From NCBI GenBank assembly GCA_040882355.1, contig JBBEBM010000031.1:1-32094 (forward strand): 32,094 nt of DNA. Direction: 5' to 3'. The notes beneath the pieces are model-generated. The model was not told the DNA's origin. It worked only from the letters and a program-made list of their open reading frames with translations, and did no database searches. Numbering within the stretch: the stretch's first letter is position 1; the number at the start of each line of letters is the position of its first letter. The position numbers and the translations under genes were made by a program. Positions 24,005 through 32,094 of this stretch are shown one piece after another. This stretch comes from Dehalococcoidia bacterium (GTDB lineage Bacteria; Chloroflexota; Dehalococcoidia; DSTF01; RBG-16-68-14).

Positions 24005-25499
24005 AGACACTCGCGGCGCGCTGCGCGGCGTCGATGAGCGGCGTCGGCACGATGCCCACAACCAGTACGCCAACTCCGGTGACCGCGAGCGCCGTAGCGA
24101 GCCACGGCCCGGGCCGGATGTCGCCTTCCTCCGGTGCGGGCGCGAGGTACATGTGGCTGACAACTCGCAGGTAGTAGAAGGCGGAAACGACCGTGTTCAG
24201 CACCGCTACGATGACGAGCCAGACCAGATCGCTCTGGACCGCGGCGTTGAAGATGTAGACCTTCGCGATGAAGCCCGCGGTCGGCGGGATGCCCGTGAGC
24301 GATACGAAGCAGAAGGAGAGCACCGCAGCCAATAGCGGCGCTCTCCGCCCCATGCCGGCGTAGTCCTCGATCTCGTCAGACCCGGTGCGCTGCGAGATCG
24401 CGATCACTGCGAAGAAGGCGCCCAGGTTCGTGAAGGCGTACGTCGCAACGAAGAACGCGACGCCGCTCGCGCCCAGCACAACACCGTCCTGCGAGGCGGC
24501 GATCGCCGCGAGGCCGATCGCGAAGTTGCCCGCCTGCGCGATCGAGCTGTAGCCGAGCAGTCGTTTGATGTTGGTCTGGAGCAGCGCCATCACGTTGCCA
24601 GCCGTCATCGAAACAGCGGCGACGGCGGCAAACAGGTTCGACCAGTCGCTGCCGACGAAGCTCTCCGTCCCAAAGCCCTCGTAGAACACGCGCAGCAGCA
24701 CGGCGAAGCCCGCTGCTTTGCTGCCCACCGACAGGAACGCGCCCACAGGCGTCGCGGCGCCCTGGTAGACGTCCGGCACCCACATCTGGAACGGCACAAG
24801 CGCCACCTTGAAGCTGAACCCCGCAGCCAGCAGCACGATTGCGGCGATCAGGCCGGCGCGCGTGCCCGGGTCGCCCTCGGCCACGAACGAGGCGATGCTC
24901 GGCCCGCCGTCCGCCGCGACCAACTTCGTCGTGCCGGAGAGGCCGAAGAGGAAGGCCATGCCGTACAGGATCACGGCGGAGGCGATAGCGCCCAGCAGGA
25001 TGTACTTGAGGCCGGCCTCCGTGGCGCGGTCGTCTCTGAGCAACGCCGCCAACGCATACTGTGAGATGCTCGTCAGCTCGAGCGCGACGAAGATCAGCAT
25101 CAGGTCGCGCGCGCCCGCGAGCAGCATCATGCCGCTCGTCGCGAGCAGGAGCAGCGCCCAGAACTCGCCCTGGTAGCGCAGCTTGCGCACGTAGTCCACG
25201 GAGGCGAGCACCACCATCCCCGCGACGCCGATGAAGACGAACTTGAAGAAGATGCTGAAGACGTCGAGCGAATACGTGCCGCTAAACACGACAGCTTCGC
25301 GATCGCGCTGGATCAGCACGACGGCGTAGATGACCGCGGCCGCCAGCCCCGCGAGCGCGGTGACGGGCAGCCAGGCACGCGGGCCTTCGTCCTCCGACGA
25401 GCCCGGAGGGGGACGCAGCAGCGCATCGACAAGCACGATGCAGGCCGCCGTCACCATCAGGACGAGCTCCGGGCCTATGCGGTCGACGTCTTGCAGCAT
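23997..25499 (-). CDS. nuoN: NADH-quinone oxidoreductase subunit N
   Basis: IFVALELTS, EAGLKY, FKVALVPFQMWVPDVYQGA, KRLLGYSSIA, GIPPTAGFIAK, FYYLRV. Confidence 0.96.
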   Translation of the reverse strand: MLQDVDRIGPELVLMVTAACIVLVDALLRPPPGSSEDEGPRAWLPVTALAGLAAAVIYAVVLIQRDREAVVFSGTYSLDVFSIFFKFVFIGVAGMVVLASVDYVRKLRYQGEFWALLLLATSGMMLLAGARDLMLIFVALELTSISQYALAALLRDDRATEAGLKYILLGAIASAVILYGMAFLFGLSGTTKLVAADGGPSIASFVAEGDPGTRAGLIAAIVLLAAGFSFKVALVPFQMWVPDVYQGAATPVGAFLSVGSKAAGFAVLLRVFYEGFGTESFVGSDWSNLFAAVAAVSMTAGNVMALLQTNIKRLLGYSSIAQAGNFAIGLAAIAASQDGVVLGASGVAFFVATYAFTNLGAFFAVIAISQRTGSDEIEDYAGMGRRAPLLAAVLSFCFVSLTGIPPTAGFIAKVYIFNAAVQSDLVWLVIVAVLNTVVSAFYYLRVVSHMYLAPAPEEGDIRPGPWLATALAVTGVGVLVVGIVPTPLIDAAQRAASVFS

Positions 25500-25505
25500 C
25501 GGTCG

Positions 25506-26993
25506 CTACCCCAACCTCGTCGCGATGGGCAGGATGCCCTGTTCGATCACGTCCACCAGCCGCGCCGGATAGATGCCCACGGCCAGGATGATGGCGAGCA
25601 TCGCCGCAACGGGCACCTGCTCCCACCAGGCCGTCGCGTCGGGCAGATCGGCCCAACGCTCGTTCCTCGGCCCGAACATCGTCCGCTGAATCGTCCAGAG
25701 AATGTAGCCAGCCGACAGCAGCACGCCGATGACACCAAGGACGGTCGGCGCGGCGAAACGATCGCCTGCGCCCAGGAAGACGGTCACCTCCGCTACGAAG
25801 CCGGACATCGCCGGCAGCCCGAGCGAGGCGAGACCGGCCATGAGCATCGCGGTCGCGATCACCGGCGTCACGTGGGCGAGGCCGGAGAGCTCGCGGATGT
25901 CGCGGGTGTGGGCGCGATCGTAGATCATTCCCACGATGACGAAGAGCAGGCCCGTGATCAGGCCGTGGCTGAACATCTGGAGCGCCGCGCCGGTCATGCC
26001 CACCTGCCCAAGCGCCGCGATGCCGAGCAGCACGTAACCCATGTGGCTCACGCTGGAGTAGGCGATCAGTCGCTTCAGGTCGGTCTGGCGCATGGTGACG
26101 ATCGCGCCGTAGATGATACTCCCAGCCGCGAACGACGCCATCCACACCGCGAAGTCCTGGGCGGTGTCGGGCATGATGCTGACCAGGCGTAGCATGCCGT
26201 AGCCGCCCATCTTCAGCAGGACGCCCGCCAGGATCACGCTCACCGCTGTCGGCGCGTCGGTGTGGGCGTCCGGCAGCCAGGTATGCAGCGGCACGATCGG
26301 CAGCTTGATCGCGAACGCGGCGAAGATCAGCACGAAGATCGCGGGCAGCGGCAGCAAGGCGTCGCTGATGTTGGAGTCGCGCAGCGCAACCATGTCGAAC
26401 GTGGACGGGTCCGCGGAGAAGGCGAGCACGAGGAAGCCGACCAGCATCAGGGCGCTGCCAAAGAGGGTGAACAGCACGAACTTCATCGCCGAGTAGCTCT
26501 TCCGCCCGCTCCCCCAGATCGAGATCAGGAGGTACATGGGGATCAGCTCGACCTCCCAGAAGAGGAAGAAGAAGATCAGGTCCTGCGCCGTGAAGACGCC
26601 CATCACACCCGTCTCCAGCGCCAGCAGCCAGGCGAAGTACTCTTTCGCGCGCAGCTCCACGTTCCACGAGACGAGCACGGCGACCACGAAGAGGAGGCCC
26701 GTCAGCACCACCATCGTCAGGCCGAGGCCGTCGACGCCGAGGAAGTACTGGATATCGAAGCCGGCGTCCTCGGCGCGGATCCAGCGAAAGCGCTCCGTGA
26801 ACTGCATCGCCTCGTCCGACCCGCGGTCGAACATCGCGAAGACGGCGAGCGTGAAGCCGAGCACCGCCCCTGTCACGGCCAGCGCCATCCACTTGGCGTG
26901 CCGCTCCTGCTCGCGCGGCAGCGTAGCGAGCACGACCGCGCCGATCACCGGGAAGAAGACGATGAACGTCAGCATTCCGTTGTCGTCGCCCAC
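25506..26993 (-). CDS. nuoM: NADH-quinone oxidoreductase subunit M (start may be ATG 26975)
   Basis: LGVDGL, FFLFWEVELIPMY, HTWLPDAHTDAPT, LLKMGGYG, KRLIAYSSVSHMG, GLPAMSGFVAE. Confidence 0.96.
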   Translation of the reverse strand: MGDDNGMLTFIVFFPVIGAVVLATLPREQERHAKWMALAVTGAVLGFTLAVFAMFDRGSDEAMQFTERFRWIRAEDAGFDIQYFLGVDGLGLTMVVLTGLLFVVAVLVSWNVELRAKEYFAWLLALETGVMGVFTAQDLIFFFLFWEVELIPMYLLISIWGSGRKSYSAMKFVLFTLFGSALMLVGFLVLAFSADPSTFDMVALRDSNISDALLPLPAIFVLIFAAFAIKLPIVPLHTWLPDAHTDAPTAVSVILAGVLLKMGGYGMLRLVSIMPDTAQDFAVWMASFAAGSIIYGAIVTMRQTDLKRLIAYSSVSHMGYVLLGIAALGQVGMTGAALQMFSHGLITGLLFVIVGMIYDRAHTRDIRELSGLAHVTPVIATAMLMAGLASLGLPAMSGFVAEVTVFLGAGDRFAAPTVLGVIGVLLSAGYILWTIQRTMFGPRNERWADLPDATAWWEQVPVAAMLAIILAVGIYPARLVDVIEQGILPIATRLG

Positions 26994-27012
26994 GCGCCGC
27001 AGCGCTCGAAGT

Positions 27013-27077
27013 CGTAGCTGCAGACCTTCAGGTCTGCCTCGGAAGGCGCTCCGCAGGGCTGAAGCCCTGCAGCTACG
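27013..27077. repeat. REPIN: inverted pair of GTAG-family REP sequences
   Basis: Plus strand GTAGCTGCAGACC-TTCA-GGTCTGC (27014-27037) and minus strand GTAGCTGCAGGGC-TTCA-GCCCTGC (27076-27053), with a 15-nt spacer. Confidence 0.8.
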
Positions 27078-27099
27078 GATCTAAGCTGCGGCCAGTTCG

Positions 27100-29037
27100 T
27101 CATAGCGGGTGCAGCAAAAACGCGAGGCTGCCTGCGATAATGATGCCGAGGAACGCGATCGCGCCGTACACTTGCACCTGCCCGGTCTGGAGCAGGCGCA
27201 GGCCCACCGACCCGAGCGCCGTGCCGCGCCCAATGCCGTTAGCGAGGCCGTCGATCACATTCGCGTCGAACCAGGCAAGTGCGCCGGCGATGCCCCGATA
27301 GAAGACAGTGCGGACGATGACGTCTTCGTACAGCTCGTCGAGGAAGTACTTGCGCTCGAGCACGAAGTGGACCGGCCGCAGGGCGACCCGCACCCGCTCG
27401 GCAGAGAGCACATGCGCACCATAGAAGAGCCAGGCGAACCCGATGCCCGACGCGGCGACTGCGGTCGAGCCGAGTGCGATGCCCCAACTGAAGTCGAGCT
27501 CGTGGAGCGCCTCACGCGTCTCCAACGGCAGCGCGCCCAGCAGCAGGTGCTCGACGCCGCCCCAGACGTTTGCGAAGCCGACGAGCGCCGCCGGCACAGC
27601 CAGCACCACGAGCGGTGCGACCATCACGGCCGGCGACTCGTGCGGGTGGGCTGGATCGGCGCCATGGACGGGGTCTTCAGGCGGCTCTCCGCCTCGATAC
27701 TCGCCGTGAAAGGTGAGGAAAATCGCGCGGAACATGTAAAACGCCGTCAGGAAGGCCACGGCCAGCGCCACCCAGAACAGGAGCTGCTGTTCGCTCCAGG
27801 CATCCGCCAGGATCTCGTCCTTGCTCCAGAACCCGGCGAGCGGAAAGATGCCCGCCAGGCTGAGCGAGCCGATCAAGAACGTCGCGTACGTCCACGGCAT
27901 CATGCGGCGCAGGCCGCCCATCTTGCGCATGTCGAAGGTGTTCGTCGAGTGGTTGACGCTGCCGGAGCCGAGGAAGAGCAGCGCCTTGTAGAAGGCGTGG
28001 GTAAACAGGTGGAAGATGCCAGCCACGTACCCGCCAACGCCGAGCGCCAGCATCATGTAACCGAGCTGACTGATCGTCGAATAGGCCAGCACGCGCTTGA
28101 TGTCGGTCATCACCAGGCCCAACAGCGCGGCCATCAGGGCCGTCGTCGCGCCGATGTAGGCGACGGTGAGCCGCGCGTCGTCCGCCACCTCGAAGATCGG
28201 GAAGAGGCGCGCGACCAGGTAGACGCCCGCGGCGACCATCGTCGCGGCGTGGATCAGCGCCGAGACGGGCGTCGGGCCCTCCATCGCGTCGGGGAGCCAG
28301 ACGTGGAGCGGGAACTGCGCCGACTTGCCCGCCGCGCCCGCGAAGACGCCCAGCGCGAACACCGTCAGCACGTTCACGCTGATCGCACCGGTGATCGCCA
28401 GCTCCTGCAGCTCGCCGATGTCGAACGTCCCGGTCTTCGTCCAGATCAGGATGATCCCCAGCAAGAAGCCGACATCACCCAACCGGGTAACCAGGAACGC
28501 CTTCATCGCCGCGCGCACCGCCGCCGGCTTATGGAACCAGAAGCCGATGAGCAGGTACGAGCAGAGCCCCACCAGCTCCCAGAACACGTAGACGACCAGG
28601 ATGCTATCGACGAGGACCAGGCCGAGCATCGACGCCGTGAAGAGCGACAGGTAGGCGTAATAGCGCGAGTAGCCGTGGTCGCCCGCCATGTATCCCTGCG
28701 AGTAGACCTGAACCAGCAGCGACACCGACGTGACCACGATGAGCATGATCGCGGTCAGCCCGTCGACACGTAGGCCGAGGTTGACGATCACGTCGTTGCC
28801 CACAGGCGAGGCGATCGTCAACCATTCGTGCGACGCAAAGGGCAGCGCCGCGCCGTCGGAGGCGATGACGCTGTCCAGCACCCAGAGCGAGAACAGGAAG
28901 CTCAGGCCAACGGCTGCGATGCTGAGGTACCCGTTCGATTGCGGCTCGGGACGCGCCCAGAGCATGTTGATCGCAAGGGCGGCCAAGGGGAGCAGCAGAA
29001 TCGCCCAGACGACGCCTTCCGGGACATCAGGCAGCAT
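27100..29037 (-). CDS. nuoL: NADH-quinone oxidoreductase subunit L
   Basis: FWELVGLCSYLLIGFW, GKSAQFPLHVWLPDAMEGPTPVSALIHAATMVAAG, KRVLAYSTISQLG, GFWSKDEI, LQTGQVQVY. Confidence 0.97.
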   Translation of the reverse strand: MLPDVPEGVVWAILLLPLAALAINMLWARPEPQSNGYLSIAAVGLSFLFSLWVLDSVIASDGAALPFASHEWLTIASPVGNDVIVNLGLRVDGLTAIMLIVVTSVSLLVQVYSQGYMAGDHGYSRYYAYLSLFTASMLGLVLVDSILVVYVFWELVGLCSYLLIGFWFHKPAAVRAAMKAFLVTRLGDVGFLLGIILIWTKTGTFDIGELQELAITGAISVNVLTVFALGVFAGAAGKSAQFPLHVWLPDAMEGPTPVSALIHAATMVAAGVYLVARLFPIFEVADDARLTVAYIGATTALMAALLGLVMTDIKRVLAYSTISQLGYMMLALGVGGYVAGIFHLFTHAFYKALLFLGSGSVNHSTNTFDMRKMGGLRRMMPWTYATFLIGSLSLAGIFPLAGFWSKDEILADAWSEQQLLFWVALAVAFLTAFYMFRAIFLTFHGEYRGGEPPEDPVHGADPAHPHESPAVMVAPLVVLAVPAALVGFANVWGGVEHLLLGALPLETREALHELDFSWGIALGSTAVAASGIGFAWLFYGAHVLSAERVRVALRPVHFVLERKYFLDELYEDVIVRTVFYRGIAGALAWFDANVIDGLANGIGRGTALGSVGLRLLQTGQVQVYGAIAFLGIIIAGSLAFLLHPL

Positions 29038-29039
29038 CG

Positions 29040-29231
29040 CTATATCTTCCTCATCAGCTCGACGGCAACGTGGGTCTTGCTGTTGGGCACCCAGAGCTCG
29101 CGCGCCTGCGTCATCGGCGCGTCTGTCTCCAGTGGCGGCACGATGCGCACCGCGACGCCCTCATGGTGAAAGAACTCCTGCCAGGTCTGGGCCGAGTACC
29201 CGTTCCGCACCTCCATCAGCTTCGCCCACAT
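29040..29231 (-). CDS. small soluble hypothetical protein inside the nuo operon (possibly DUF2007/GlnB-like fold)
   Basis: 63-aa ORF that fills the nuoK-nuoL gap (6 nt and 2 nt spacers); W-x-K-L...F-x-x-E-G-V-x-V...E-L-W-V-P pattern. Confidence 0.75.
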   Translation of the reverse strand: MWAKLMEVRNGYSAQTWQEFFHHEGVAVRIVPPLETDAPMTQARELWVPNSKTHVAVELMRKI

Positions 29232-29237
29232 GTCAAA

Positions 29238-29573
29238 TCACCAGCGCAACACGTTGATCTTGTCGACGTCGATCGTCTCGCGGTAGCGGTAGATCGCGAC
29301 CGCGAGCGCCAGCGCCACCGCCGCCTCCGCGGCTGCCACGGTGATCACGAAGATTGCAAAGACGTGGCCGTCGAGTGGCCGGGGCGACTCGATGAAGCGC
29401 GCGAACGCCACGAACGTGAGGTTCACCGCGTTCAGCATCAGCTCGATGCCCATCAGCACGGCGACGGCGTTCCGTTTCGCGAGGGCGATGTAGAGGCCGA
29501 TGGAGAAGAGCGCGCCGCCGACGATGAGCACCTGCTCCAGAGAAACGCGCGCGCCCAGCAACAGCAGCATCAC
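29238..29573 (-). CDS. nuoK: NADH-quinone oxidoreductase subunit K
   Basis: [40 protein letters not shown]. Confidence 0.95.
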   Translation of the reverse strand: MMLLLLGARVSLEQVLIVGGALFSIGLYIALAKRNAVAVLMGIELMLNAVNLTFVAFARFIESPRPLDGHVFAIFVITVAAAEAAVALALAVAIYRYRETIDVDKINVLRW

Positions 29574-29574
29574 C

Positions 29575-30069
29575 CTACTCCTCCTCCTGCACGAGCACGA
29601 TCGCGCCGATCATCGCGGCCACGAGCAGCACGGACGCGATCTCGAAGGGCAGGACGAACGGGCTGAGCAACGCCTCGCCGATGGCGGCGGCCGTCGTGTC
29701 GAAGGAGCCGCGCGTCGCCTCCCGCCAGTCGGTCTCGATCACCACGAAGACGATCCCCGCCAGGAACAGGCCGGCGAGCAGCAGCGCCGGCGCCTGCAGC
29801 AGGTTCTCCGAGTTACCGCGGTCGGAGCGAGGCGTGAGCATCACAGCGAAGATCATCAGCACCGCGATGGCCCCGGCATAGACCAGCACCTGCACCACCG
29901 CGACGAAGTCCGCCGAGAGCGTGATGTAGAGCCCGGCGATGCCGATGAAGCTGAGGATGAGGAAGAGGACGGCGTGAAACAGGTTGCGAACGACGACAAT
30001 CATCGCAGCCGCCCCCAGGGTGAGGGCGGCCAGGACCCAGAACGCAACGGTGATGCCCGTGCTCTCCAG
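29575..30069 (-). CDS. nuoJ: NADH-quinone oxidoreductase subunit J (probable CTG start at 30069)
   Basis: [46 protein letters not shown]. The first TM helix lies upstream of ATG 30003; SD AAGGAG is 6 nt before CTG. Confidence 0.92.
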   Translation of the reverse strand: MESTGITVAFWVLAALTLGAAAMIVVVRNLFHAVLFLILSFIGIAGLYITLSADFVAVVQVLVYAGAIAVLMIFAVMLTPRSDRGNSENLLQAPALLLAGLFLAGIVFVVIETDWREATRGSFDTTAAAIGEALLSPFVLPFEIASVLLVAAMIGAIVLVQEEE

Positions 30070-30082
30070 CGGTGGCTCCTTG

Positions 30083-31354
30083 CTACGTCGTGGCGCGCGC
30101 CGCCCTGCGCCGCCTCGGCTGGCCGGACGGCAGCGGCACGTCGATCTCGCTCACCAGACGCGGCTGCTTCGGGAACCGCTCGTACTGACGCACCATGACC
30201 CGTCCCCAGCCGTAGATGAGGGCCCCCGCCATCGCGAAGTTCACCACGGCGAAGATGGGCAGTACGATGCCGGCGCTGATGTCGAATTCGGTCCAGATCG
30301 TGACCTCGAGGGCCAGCACGAAGATGTTGGCGAGGGCCAGCGGCAGCAGGAACTTCCAGGCGAACGCCATCAACTGGTCGACGCGGAAGCGCGGCAGCGT
30401 GCCCCGGAACCAGATCAGGATGAAGTAGCAGGCGTAGATCTTGCCGATGAACAGGACCCAGCCCGGGATGATCTCCTCCAGACCAAACGTCCACCAGCCG
30501 CCGAGGAACAGCGCGGCGATGATCGCAGACACGCCGATCGAGTTCACGAGCTCGACGGCGTAGAAGAGGCCGAACTTCATGCCCGAGTACTCGATGTGGT
30601 AGCCGGCGATGATCTCCGACTCCGCCTCGGCGATGTCGGCCGGAGTCCGGTTCAGCTCGGCCGTAGAGCTGAGCAGGTAGATCAGGAACGGCAGCGGCAG
30701 GAAGAAGATGAGCCACGACCAGTACGTCTGCTGAAACTCGACGATGCCGCTGAGGCTCATGGTGCCCACGAATGTCACGACGGACAGCAGCGCGAGCACG
30801 CCGGGAATCTCGTAGCTGATCAGCATCGCGATCACGCGCATCGAGCCAAGCAGCGCGTACTTGTTGTTCGAGGCGTAGCCCGCCATGAAAACCACGATCG
30901 TCGTCGTCGAACCGAGCGCGAGCAGGTAGAGCACGCCGACGTTCAGGTCGGCGAGCACCATCTTCTCGCTCCAGGGGAAGACGGCGAAGGCGAGAATGGC
31001 AGGGATGAAGATGACGATCGGCGCTAGCGTGAAGACGAGGCCGTCCGCGAGGCGCGGCGTCAGCTCCTCTTTCTGCATCAGCTTGATCGCGTCGGCGACG
31101 GGCTGGAGCAGGCCCCAGGGGCCCAGGCGGTTCGGGCCGCGGCGCACCTGCACTCGCCCGATCAGCCGGCGCTCCACCCAGATATTGATCAGCGTCGTGA
31201 GCCCGACGAACATGAGCACGCCGATGGAGCCGATGAGTGCGAACACAACGTACACGAACCCGTCGGAGGCATCGGCGTCGCGCATGGCCTCGGCCAGCCT
31301 GCCGGCCGCGTTCCCCAAGTCGCGGAAGTCGTACCAAGCGTCGAGGAACGGCAC
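30083..31354 (-). CDS. nuoH: NADH-quinone oxidoreductase subunit H
   Basis: ERR...RRGPNRLGPWGLLQPVADAIKL, SNNKYALLG, ISYE, AELNRTPADIAEAESEIIAGYHIEYSG, LPRFRVDQLM. Confidence 0.96.
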   Translation of the reverse strand: MPFLDAWYDFRDLGNAAGRLAEAMRDADASDGFVYVVFALIGSIGVLMFVGLTTLINIWVERRLIGRVQVRRGPNRLGPWGLLQPVADAIKLMQKEELTPRLADGLVFTLAPIVIFIPAILAFAVFPWSEKMVLADLNVGVLYLLALGSTTTIVVFMAGYASNNKYALLGSMRVIAMLISYEIPGVLALLSVVTFVGTMSLSGIVEFQQTYWSWLIFFLPLPFLIYLLSSTAELNRTPADIAEAESEIIAGYHIEYSGMKFGLFYAVELVNSIGVSAIIAALFLGGWWTFGLEEIIPGWVLFIGKIYACYFILIWFRGTLPRFRVDQLMAFAWKFLLPLALANIFVLALEVTIWTEFDISAGIVLPIFAVVNFAMAGALIYGWGRVMVRQYERFPKQPRLVSEIDVPLPSGQPRRRRAARATT

Positions 31355-32094
31355 TAGCGGTCCACCTCACCCACGTTGATGTCGATGCTGCCAAGCGTCA
31401 CGATCGCGTCGGCCACCGTCTGGCCGATCATCATCTCCTTCAGCGCGGAGAGGTTGATGAGCGAAGGCGATCGCACGTGGAAGCGGAACGGGTTCGGGCC
31501 GCCGTCGCTCACCAGGTAGAAGCCCAACTCACCCTTCGGTGACTCGATGCGCGAGTAGACCTCGCCGGCGGGCGGGCGCACGTGCAGCGGCACCTCGGCC
31601 GTGTGGGCGCCCGGCGGAAGCTGAGCGATGGCTTGCTTGAGGATGCGCACGCTCTGCTTCACCTCGGCCATCCGCACCATGAAGCGGTCGAAGCAGTCGC
31701 CGTTGTGCCCGACCGGGATGTCGAACTCCATGCGGTCGTAGACGCAGTAGGGGTCGGCCTTGCGGATGTCCCAGGCGATGCCCGACCCGCGCAGCATCGG
31801 CCCGCTCAACGAGGCGTTCATCGCCTGCTCCGCTGAGATGATGCCCACGTCTCGCCCGCGCATCAGCAGGATTTCGTTATCGACGAGCAGGTCCTCGTAC
31901 TCACCGATGCGGTCGGGCAGCTCGTCGACGAGGGCGTTGAGCTGCGGCAGGAACTCGTCCGGCACGTCGAAGGCGACGCCACCGATGCGCATGTAGTTCA
32001 CCGTCAGCCGCGCGCCGCATGTCATCTCGAACAGGTCGAGGATCTTCTCGCGCTCGCGGAACATGTAGAAGAGCGGCGTCTGCCAGGCGCCGCA
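31354..32094 (-). CDS. nuoD: NADH-quinone oxidoreductase subunit D (5' part outside the window)
   Basis: REREKILDLFE...GARL...RIGGV, SGPMLRGSG..WDIRK, GDCFDRF, ESPKGELG, GSIDINVGEVDR; no C-terminal CxxC. Confidence 0.96.
   Translation of the reverse strand, partial: CGAWQTPLFYMFREREKILDLFEMTCGARLTVNYMRIGGVAFDVPDEFLPQLNALVDELPDRIGEYEDLLVDNEILLMRGRDVGIISAEQAMNASLSGPMLRGSGIAWDIRKADPYCVYDRMEFDIPVGHNGDCFDRFMVRMAEVKQSVRILKQAIAQLPPGAHTAEVPLHVRPPAGEVYSRIESPKGELGFYLVSDGGPNPFRFHVRSPSLINLSALKEMMIGQTVADAIVTLGSIDINVGEVDR

Noticed and set aside
25282..31394. Long alternative-frame or antisense ORFs (25282..26892, 27109..28773, 29984..31027, 30000..31394; also 12867..14048 in rpoC)
   Set aside because: Arg/Ala/Gly-rich or antisense-mirror translations typical of high-GC codon bias over genuine nuo and rpo genes.
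31354..32094. Group 4 [NiFe]-hydrogenase large subunit
   Set aside because: The C-terminus is GEVDR without the DPCxxC Ni-binding motif, so it is NuoD.

Overview
High-GC (roughly two-thirds G+C by eye), gene-dense core chromosome, most consistent with a Chloroflexota (Dehalococcoidia-like) bacterium. That call is inferred from the RpoB/RpoC insertion pattern and a complex I cluster without nuoEFG. Gene order: truncated UgpB-like ABC substrate-binding lipoprotein, N-acyl-D-amino-acid deacylase, orphan Flp pilin, zincin plus hypothetical, GH-A-like lipoprotein, acyl-CoA dehydrogenase, stand-alone rpoB-rpoC, dedA-ispD-ispF-cysE-cysS-apt, a COG4315 lipoprotein, a divergent nitroreductase plus partner, a small SWIM-like Zn-finger protein, a 7-repeat beta-propeller with LPETG, and nuoD'-H-J-K-orf-L-M-N on the minus strand. 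No tRNA, rRNA, CRISPR array or transposase was seen. The best signals are not in the ORF track. (1) A 25-codon leader peptide ending C-V-C-L lies in a long hairpin that sequesters the cysE Shine-Dalgarno, a candidate cysteine-sensing translational attenuator in place of a T-box. (2) A promoter, 9-codon leader peptide and intrinsic terminator precede the SWIM-like gene. (3) The complex I-like operon lacks nuoEFG and nuoI at their usual positions, has an extra 63-aa gene, a probable CTG start for nuoJ and a REPIN between nuoL and nuoM. (4) RNA polymerase has BBM2-like insertions and an archaeal/eukaryote-like Pro in the HDDANR motif. All calls are by eye; no searches were run.
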